Origin: Candidatus Methanomethylicia archaeon
GTDB taxonomy: Archaea; Thermoproteota; Methanomethylicia; Culexarchaeales; Culexarchaeaceae
Reading direction: 5' to 3'
Assembly (NCBI GenBank): GCA_038727515.1
Contig: JAVYVS010000008.1
Span: 1 to 14,047, forward strand
Length of the DNA stretch: 14,047 bases
The notes beneath the pieces were generated by a model, which saw only the letters and a list, made by a program, of their open reading frames with translations, searched no databases and had not been told where the DNA came from. Positions within the stretch are counted from its first letter, which is position 1; every line of letters begins with the position of its first letter. The translations under genes were made by a program, and so were the position numbers. Positions 8,506 through 14,047 of the stretch are shown piece by piece.

Positions 8506-10011
8506 TTAAACCTTCAAATATTTTTCTTCAAGATACTCTAATAGGTATATGGGATTCATTTCTTCATTAAAGCTCCTCTTTAAAAGCTCTTTTGGCTCAT
8601 ATGTTGAACCCCAAATATGCACTTTCTCCTTCAAATATTCTCTTATGGGTTTAAAGTTTAATTTCATAATTTCTTCATCGATTTTAATTTTCTTCATCAT
8701 ATGTTTCCTTATTTGTGCTGCAATTATATTACCAATAGTGTAATTACAGAATGATCCAAGTCCACTACTCCAATGTATATCTTGTAGTACTCCTTCACTA
8801 TCAGATTTTGGTCTAACCCCTATAAGTCTTTCAATTTCAGAATTCCAAACTTCTGGTAATTCACCTATTTTTACATCTCCCGTAATCATTGCTTTTTCAA
8901 GTTTATACCTCAACAATATGTGTAGATTGTATGTTACTTCATCTGCATCAACTCTAATTAAACTTGGTTTTACAGTGTTAAAGTAATAGTATAATTCTTC
9001 TGGAGTATATTTCTCAACGAATTTCAAATGCTTCTTTATTATTGGGTATATTGCTTCAGCGAAAACTCTACTCCTACCAATTATATTCTCCCAAAATCTA
9101 GATTGACTTTCATGCATCCCCCCACTAACTCCTGTGGCTAACAATGTCCCTGAAAGTCTTTCATCTATTTGTAATTCATATAGGGCATGTCCATATTCAT
9201 GTATCGTACTATACATACTTCTCTTGAAATCCTTCCCCTCATATCTAGTTGTTATCCTAACATCCCTTATACCCATACTAGTTGTAAATGGATGTGTAGA
9301 AACATCAAATCTTGATCTAACTCCAAGTGGATACTCAAAAATCTTCAATAACTCTAAATTTAGATTCTTCATATCCTCAACATTATATTCAACCTTTTCC
9401 AATTCATGTTCCGGTTTATATAAGCCTTTAATTTGAATAACACTTAGAGTTCTCCTAATTCCAGGTTCTAGAACGTTGAATATTCTATCAGCATCTCTCG
9501 TTTTAAAACCTTCTTCATGTAGGTCTAGTAGTGCATCATATGGATGTTCTTCATAACCTAAATATTCAGCGAATTTCTTCATTAAATCCACTATTTTCTC
9601 CAGGTATGGTTTGAATATTCCGTAATCACTTTTTGATCTTGCAATCCTCCATTGTATAGTGGCTTCAGAAGTTGTTTTAAAATATTCTTTTAATAAATCC
9701 TCTGGTATTGCTGTTGCAATCTTTATCCTCCTCTTTAAAACTCTTATCAAACCTCTCTCATAATCATTTAATTCTTCAATTCGCTTTTCAGCTTCTTCAA
9801 CTAGACTTCTAAGCTCTGGAGATTTAAGTATGCTTTGACCAATGGCTTGAAGTTCTGCTCTAGCCATACCTCTTTCCATGGCGCCTTCTTGAGGCATTGA
9901 AACTTCAATATCCCATCCCATTAAACTATCTGAAACATCCAAAGCCCATATAACCCTAGATTTCTCCACAATCTTCTTCACAATATCGTTTTTGAAAAGT
10001 TCTTGACTCAT
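8506..10011 (-). CDS. M32 family thermostable carboxypeptidase (carboxypeptidase Taq/Pfu type)
   Basis: HPF, DVRITTRY, zinc motif HEYGH, HESQSRFWEN, IRVDADE, GVLQDIHW and NYTIG motifs; about 500 aa. Confidence 0.96.
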   Translation of the reverse strand: MSQELFKNDIVKKIVEKSRVIWALDVSDSLMGWDIEVSMPQEGAMERGMARAELQAIGQSILKSPELRSLVEEAEKRIEELNDYERGLIRVLKRRIKIATAIPEDLLKEYFKTTSEATIQWRIARSKSDYGIFKPYLEKIVDLMKKFAEYLGYEEHPYDALLDLHEEGFKTRDADRIFNVLEPGIRRTLSVIQIKGLYKPEHELEKVEYNVEDMKNLNLELLKIFEYPLGVRSRFDVSTHPFTTSMGIRDVRITTRYEGKDFKRSMYSTIHEYGHALYELQIDERLSGTLLATGVSGGMHESQSRFWENIIGRSRVFAEAIYPIIKKHLKFVEKYTPEELYYYFNTVKPSLIRVDADEVTYNLHILLRYKLEKAMITGDVKIGELPEVWNSEIERLIGVRPKSDSEGVLQDIHWSSGLGSFCNYTIGNIIAAQIRKHMMKKIKIDEEIMKLNFKPIREYLKEKVHIWGSTYEPKELLKRSFNEEMNPIYLLEYLEEKYLKV

Positions 10012-10029
10012 AAATCGTCAAGTATACTA

Positions 10030-10044
10030 TTATTAAACTTTAAA
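10030..10044 (-). promoter_or_regulatory. Putative BRE/TATA for a leaderless M32 transcript
   Basis: On the minus strand TTAAAG is followed by TTTAATAA, ending about 20 nt upstream of ATG10011, with no SD motif. Confidence 0.4.
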
Positions 10045-10051
10045 TTAAACT

Positions 10052-10681
10052 TTAAGTTACCAATGTTTTTACTGCCTTTAAAACTCCTTTAATAGCTTTC
10101 ACTTCACTCTCAGCCCAGCATATTATAGCCACATGGCTTCCATATATTCCCACAATATTTTTCAAAGCTTCTTTCTCATCTCTACAATATTCTTCAATAG
10201 GTTTATCCATACTTGGAATTATGATTTCCCCATTTCTAAGGATTATTGTGGTAGCTCCTTGAGCTCCAGCTCTAACAGCTTCATCCCTCTGTTTTAATCC
10301 ATTGGTTACTTTATCCAATTTATCTCTAACAATAACCAAAGCCTTAACCTTCCCTGGAGCTAGAAACTTAAATTCATTTTCACCATAAACATTGAAGAAT
10401 TCTATACCAACATCATCAAAATACTCTTTTAATGCTTTTTCACCTTCACTTGTAATTTCACATCCCCTAGCATCAATTTTTATAAGTTTATTTTCTGAAA
10501 ACCTTTTCATAATTCCCCTTACAGTTCCTTGAGGTATACCTATAGCGTCAGAGAGTCTATACCTACCAATAACTCCACCTCTAGAAATCATAATCAATGC
10601 TATAGCTAAATCTTCCAAATCAATTTTTGGGGTTGGCCCTCTACAACTCTTCCTCCAATTCTTCAAAATTTCATTTAACAT
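10052..10681 (-). CDS. Winged-helix + DUF4443-like domain protein, putative transcriptional regulator
   Basis: N-terminal wHTH pattern IGRYRLSDAIGIPQGTVRGIMKRF...GCEITSEG, and C-terminal GLKQRDEAVRAGAQGATTI matching my recollection of archaeal DUF4443 proteins. Confidence 0.75.
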   Translation of the reverse strand: MLNEILKNWRKSCRGPTPKIDLEDLAIALIMISRGGVIGRYRLSDAIGIPQGTVRGIMKRFSENKLIKIDARGCEITSEGEKALKEYFDDVGIEFFNVYGENEFKFLAPGKVKALVIVRDKLDKVTNGLKQRDEAVRAGAQGATTIILRNGEIIIPSMDKPIEEYCRDEKEALKNIVGIYGSHVAIICWAESEVKAIKGVLKAVKTLVT

Positions 10682-10714
10682 ACAGATGAAACTTGTTTTC
10701 TCAATAATTTAATT

Positions 10715-11332
10715 TTATGGGGGTTTAGGAGGCCATTCAGCTGTATTCGTATATTTCCATGCAAATATTTCTCCATTAATTGGTATATACCTATCACATG
10801 CTATTTCTCCAAGAATCCACATCTTCTTTTCAGAATCCCATCTCCACCACATCCAATATAATAGCCTATTTGGATCATTGTAAACATCATTTATAGCTTC
10901 AATAAATACTCCAAATGGATATACACTATACTTCACTTTTACAATGCCCTCTAAAGCTTTAATCATACTCTCACCCATAACTATCTTTGTACCATTATAC
11001 CATTTCCTACTTCCATTACCATAATCCACGAGTATATTAACACTTATAACTCCACCAATAATTCTATGTAACTTTAAAGTTTCATTTTCCAATTTCTCTA
11101 TGGAATTCATAAGTTCTAAATCTCCCCTTCTAACAGCTTCTTCAACTATCCTCATTAATTTTGAAGTTAAATTATTCATTTGATTTCTAGCATCTTCAAT
11201 TAACCTATTCATTTCAATAATCTTTCTAGAGGCATCCAACATTTGATTATAGTAGTATATGGATATGGATGTAGCTGTTAAAGCCCAAATTAATAGGGTT
11301 AAAGCTATAATCCAAGGGGTTCTACTAGCCAT
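10715..11332 (-). CDS. Membrane-anchored DUF4430 (transcobalamin-like C-terminal/beta-grasp) domain protein
   Basis: N-terminal hydrophobic helix (WIIALTLLIWALTATSISIYYY), a heptad-rich coiled-coil stalk, then VNILVDYGNG...YPFGVFIEAINDV...YWMWW...GEIACDRY...FAWKY typical of DUF4430. Overlaps the upstream ECF-S gene by 8 nt and has a GAGGGGG SD. Confidence 0.78.
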   Translation of the reverse strand: MASRTPWIIALTLLIWALTATSISIYYYNQMLDASRKIIEMNRLIEDARNQMNNLTSKLMRIVEEAVRRGDLELMNSIEKLENETLKLHRIIGGVISVNILVDYGNGSRKWYNGTKIVMGESMIKALEGIVKVKYSVYPFGVFIEAINDVYNDPNRLLYWMWWRWDSEKKMWILGEIACDRYIPINGEIFAWKYTNTAEWPPKPP

Positions 11333-11852
11333 TTAGAATCCCCCTCATTCTAGGTATTAACATTGATATTATCATTGCAGATGAAAATTCCACTATGGGA
11401 CCTATGGCATATAGTGTTCCACCCATAACTGGGATGAAGAGACCTATAAAACCAAGTATTAAAGCTTCTTTAATAGGCATTAATGGTATGTAGAGTAGTA
11501 CTGATGATAATATATCGTATACGAGTATTAGTATTGTCGATACTACGAGGATCTCAAGGCTACATGGATTCTTCCTATACCATATCAATCCACTTAGAAA
11601 TCCAATTAAACCACAACTTAAACTCGTTATAAGAGTCCATATACCCATACCCAAGAATATATCTGAAACTATAAAGCTTAAAGCTCCTACAAGAAATCCA
11701 TTTAATGGTCCCAGTATTGCTCCAGAAATTATTGAGAATACTATTGGGAAATTTATTATTGGCATGACACCTATAAATATATGCTTTACAAGTCTAAGTG
11801 CTACTGATGCTGCAGTTAAATTTGATATTAACGCTATATCCCTAGTTTTCAC
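11325..11852 (-). CDS. ECF transporter S-component (substrate-binding membrane subunit, CbrT-like)
   Basis: 175-aa very hydrophobic protein with 5-6 TM segments, N-terminal helix TRDIALISNLTAASVALR, and GAILGPLNGFLVGALSFIVSDIFLGMGIWT characteristic of S-components. GTG start. Confidence 0.82.
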   Translation of the reverse strand: MKTRDIALISNLTAASVALRLVKHIFIGVMPIINFPIVFSIISGAILGPLNGFLVGALSFIVSDIFLGMGIWTLITSLSCGLIGFLSGLIWYRKNPCSLEILVVSTILILVYDILSSVLLYIPLMPIKEALILGFIGLFIPVMGGTLYAIGPIVEFSSAMIISMLIPRMRGILNG

Positions 11853-11883
11853 ATAGGAAATTTTGCCTATTCACTTATATAAG
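11853..11883 (-). promoter_or_regulatory. TATA box (CTTATATAAG, 11874-11883) plus 18-bp imperfect inverted repeat (11853-11870), candidate operator for the ECF-S/DUF4430 unit
   Basis: The minus strand reads purine run - CTTATATAAG - TGA - ATAGGCAAAATTTCCTAT - GTG start. The TATA centre is about 27 nt from the GTG, consistent with a leaderless mRNA. The palindrome arms match 7/8. Confidence 0.6.
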
Positions 11884-11885
11884 CT

Positions 11886-12305
11886 TTATTTCTTCTTTCT
11901 CTTCTTTAAATCTTCTTCATCTTCTTCAATAATCCTTATATCAGCTCCCTTCCTCGGTAAAATATCACTAATTATACTTTCCTTTTCCTTAACCTTTTTA
12001 ACCTCTTTAACTTCCTCTTTAGATTCTTCTTTTATCTCCACTATTTCCCTAGCCTTTCTTCCTCCCTCTATAATTATCTTTGCACCTGGATATTTCCTCT
12101 CTAAATCTCTCTTTAAATCTTCTACATCTACATCTTCTCCAGCTTTTACATGTATTTCCGTGCCCTCAGGCGTTTGTGTTATTGATATTGAATATCCACT
12201 TCCAATACTCATTTCTTCAAATCTCTTAAACATTTTCTCCCATTCATCAAACCATGAATCATCAAAGAAACTATCAAATATTGATTTCCTCTTCTTTCTA
12301 CTCAT
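11886..12305 (-). CDS. Hypothetical highly charged protein; N-terminus reminiscent of archaeal small heat-shock protein N-terminal regions, no alpha-crystallin domain
   Basis: SIFDSFFDDSWFDEWEKMFKRFEEM, then GYSISITQTPEGTEIHV, LKRDLERKYPGAKIIIEGG and a K/E-rich tail. ATG12305 has GAGGGG 7 nt upstream; the alternative ATG12320 overlaps the purN stop (TAATG). Confidence 0.7.
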   Translation of the reverse strand: MSRKKRKSIFDSFFDDSWFDEWEKMFKRFEEMSIGSGYSISITQTPEGTEIHVKAGEDVDVEDLKRDLERKYPGAKIIIEGGRKAREIVEIKEESKEEVKEVKKVKEKESIISDILPRKGADIRIIEEDEEDLKKRKKK

Positions 12306-12319
12306 CTTTAATCCCCTCA

Positions 12320-13339
12320 TTATCCTCCTTTAAGCTTCCCTAAGAATTTTTCAGTGTTCACGATGAATCTTTCATGTTCACCTTCACCAATAATGATATC
12401 TTTATACATTGCTGATACTTTAAATGTTATCTTCCTCCCCTCAATTTTCACTATTTCCGATGTTACTTTAATTTTCTCTCCTATCGGTGCTGGATTTAAA
12501 TGTTTCACGTTTACACTAGATCCAACGGTTATATATCCTTCTGGTAAGCTTTGTTGTGCAAGTTTATTTGATGTTATTTCCATGAATGCTATCATTGATG
12601 GTGTTGATAATACTTGTACATCTCCTGAACCAATATTTCTAGCTGCATGTTCAAAGCTAGTTTGATATTCTTCAGTTAAACTCATTCCAACTTTAAGATT
12701 ATGTTCTACACTAGTCGTTGGGGGAAGTATTCTAACTCTTCTACCTTCAACCTTCAATCTACCTTCCTGAAATAGCTTTATAGCTTCAATTATTATCTCT
12801 TGTTCAGCTTTTTGAACCTTAGGTTTTAAGGTATCTGGAGTATCATCTTCCTCCACTGGGACTGCTTTCTGTAGTATTATTGGACCTGTATCTACACCTT
12901 CATCTACAAAATGTAGTGTACATCCAGTAACTTTAACCCCATAATCTAAAACAGCCTTATGAACTTCTAAATCCATTCCACCGGCAAATGCTGGTAGTAG
13001 TGAGGGATGTATATTCATAATCTTCCACCTATACTTATTCACAAACCATGGACTAAGTATACGCATATAACCTATCAGCAATATCAAATCCACTCCACGT
13101 TTATCTAATTCAGCTGCCACCTCCCTATCATAAGTCTCCCTATCCTTACCCTTAGGATCAATAAATATTGCTTCAACACCCCTCTGCCTAGCTCTCTCAA
13201 GTATATACGCATCTCTCTTATTACTAATCACACATACAACTTCCACATCTCTAAGTCTACCATCTTCAATAGCTTTAAAAATCCCCTCTAAATCTGTTCC
13301 ACGCGTTGAACCAAGAACTCCAATTCTAAGTTTACCCAT
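12320..13339 (-). CDS. purN: Phosphoribosylglycinamide formyltransferase (PurN) fused to a C-terminal FlK-like hot-dog thioesterase
   Basis: aa 1-205: GSTRGTD loop, LIGYMRIL, NIHPSLLPAF, TGCTLHFVDEGVDTGPII (catalytic N, H, D present). aa ~215-339: VLSTPSMIAFME, TVGSSVNVKHLNPAPIG, GEGEHERFIV (FlK-type T/E/H). One uninterrupted frame. Confidence 0.9.
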   Translation of the reverse strand: MGKLRIGVLGSTRGTDLEGIFKAIEDGRLRDVEVVCVISNKRDAYILERARQRGVEAIFIDPKGKDRETYDREVAAELDKRGVDLILLIGYMRILSPWFVNKYRWKIMNIHPSLLPAFAGGMDLEVHKAVLDYGVKVTGCTLHFVDEGVDTGPIILQKAVPVEEDDTPDTLKPKVQKAEQEIIIEAIKLFQEGRLKVEGRRVRILPPTTSVEHNLKVGMSLTEEYQTSFEHAARNIGSGDVQVLSTPSMIAFMEITSNKLAQQSLPEGYITVGSSVNVKHLNPAPIGEKIKVTSEIVKIEGRKITFKVSAMYKDIIIGEGEHERFIVNTEKFLGKLKGG

Positions 13340-13388
13340 AGACTAACCCATACTCTTATATGCTTCAGTATAAAATTAACTTATCTAG
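13340..13388. promoter_or_regulatory. Compact 49-bp divergent promoter between purN-thioesterase and the creatininase-family gene
   Basis: Plus-strand CTTATATG (13355-13362) lies about 27 nt before ATG13389; minus-strand TTTTATAC (13375-13368) lies about 29 nt before ATG13339. Confidence 0.5.
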
Positions 13389-14047
13389 ATGTACCTCGAA
13401 GAACTAACTTCAGAAGACCTTAAAGAAATAGTCAACTTTTGGAATATAGTTATAGTTCCAGTGGGCTCATTGGAAGTTCATGGACCACATCTACCCTTAT
13501 CAACAGACACTATAATAGTTGAAGCAATTGCGAAAAGGGTCATAGAAAAATTAAAGGATTCAGATATTAAAGTCCTCATTGGACCTAGAATTAGATTTGG
13601 ATGTTCAGGTGAACATATACGTTTCCCTGGAACAATAAGTTTAAACTGTGAAACCATGATACAATTAATATATGAATTATGCCTATCCCTAGCTAAAAAT
13701 GGATTTAAAAACATAATTCTACTAAATGGTCACGGAGGTAATGAAGCTCCACTAAAAGCTGCAGCAGTAAAATTGAGGGATGAAGCAAAAGTAATTGTTG
13801 CAATAATCAATTGGTTTGAACTTACATCTAGTGGATTTACTGATCATGCAGGTCAAATAGAAACTTCAATAATACTAAGCCTAAACATAAAACCTGGAAT
13901 AACTCTAAAAGGATTAACTGAAAGGAAGGCTTCTTCAAAATATGTATCACTTAAATCTCCAGTACAAATACCATTACCAGACATGTGGAATCACACCTGT
14001 GGACATGGTTATATTGGGGATCCATCAAAATCAAACATTGAACTAGG
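13389..14047 (+). CDS. Creatininase/ArfB/MftE-family amidohydrolase, 3'-truncated by the window end (absent from the ORF track)
   Basis: Manual translation from ATG13389: MYLEELTSEDLKE...VPVGSLEVHGPHLPLSTD...FGCSGEHIRFPGTISL...LLNGHGGN...DHAGQIETS...GYIGDPSKSNIELG, with all family metal-ligand motifs and no stop before 14047. Confidence 0.92.
   Translation, partial: MYLEELTSEDLKEIVNFWNIVIVPVGSLEVHGPHLPLSTDTIIVEAIAKRVIEKLKDSDIKVLIGPRIRFGCSGEHIRFPGTISLNCETMIQLIYELCLSLAKNGFKNIILLNGHGGNEAPLKAAAVKLRDEAKVIVAIINWFELTSSGFTDHAGQIETSIILSLNIKPGITLKGLTERKASSKYVSLKSPVQIPLPDMWNHTCGHGYIGDPSKSNIEL

Noticed and set aside
10673-10700. GTATGTTAAAT (minus strand) resembling the right arm of a dif site
   Set aside because: It overlaps the DUF4443 start codon and has no matching left arm at 6-bp spacing.
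11960-12050. Quasi-repeats encoding EEVKEVKKVKEKE
   Set aside because: Low-complexity charged linker with no regular nucleotide repeat unit; not CRISPR-like.
11330-12321. Similar junction sequences ATGAGGGG(G)ATT...ATG at about 11330-11348 and 12303-12320
   Set aside because: They are explained by Shine-Dalgarno motifs at coupled gene junctions, not by a repeat element.
13350-13371. ATACT-N12-AGTAT inverted repeat in the purN/creatininase promoter
   Set aside because: The arms are only 5 bp in AT-rich DNA and overlap a TATA-like box, which is too weak without conservation data.
8549-13714. ORFs 8549-8743, 9134-9436, 11863-12333, 12354-12665 and 13478-13714
   Set aside because: They are antisense shadows of M32, the K/E-rich hypothetical, purN-thioesterase and the creatininase gene. 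The hydrophobic S/F/L composition mirrors the purine-rich sense strand.

Overview
AT-rich, gene-dense archaeal chromosomal window (TATA/BRE promoters, several apparently leaderless genes, archaeal-type ligase and UPF0282 hydrolase; the lineage cannot be fixed from sequence alone). The left plus-strand block holds a 5'-truncated divergent purD, a UPF0282 metallo-beta-lactamase-fold hydrolase, ATP-dependent DNA ligase and a stand-alone nucleotide-sugar dehydrogenase. The middle holds three adjacent cytoplasmic hydrolases (S9 peptidase, CocE/NonD-S15 hydrolase, M32 carboxypeptidase). The right minus-strand block holds a PurN fused in-frame to an FlK-like hot-dog thioesterase, a small charged hypothetical protein, an ECF S-component, a membrane-anchored DUF4430 (transcobalamin-like) protein and a wHTH-DUF4443 putative regulator. 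A divergent creatininase/ArfB-family gene, missed by the ORF track, runs off the right end. The best leads are the PurN-thioesterase fusion, a candidate vitamin (possibly B12) uptake module with its own promoter and a palindromic operator candidate, and a codon/strand-skew switch across the window. I saw no RNA genes, CRISPR arrays or mobile elements.
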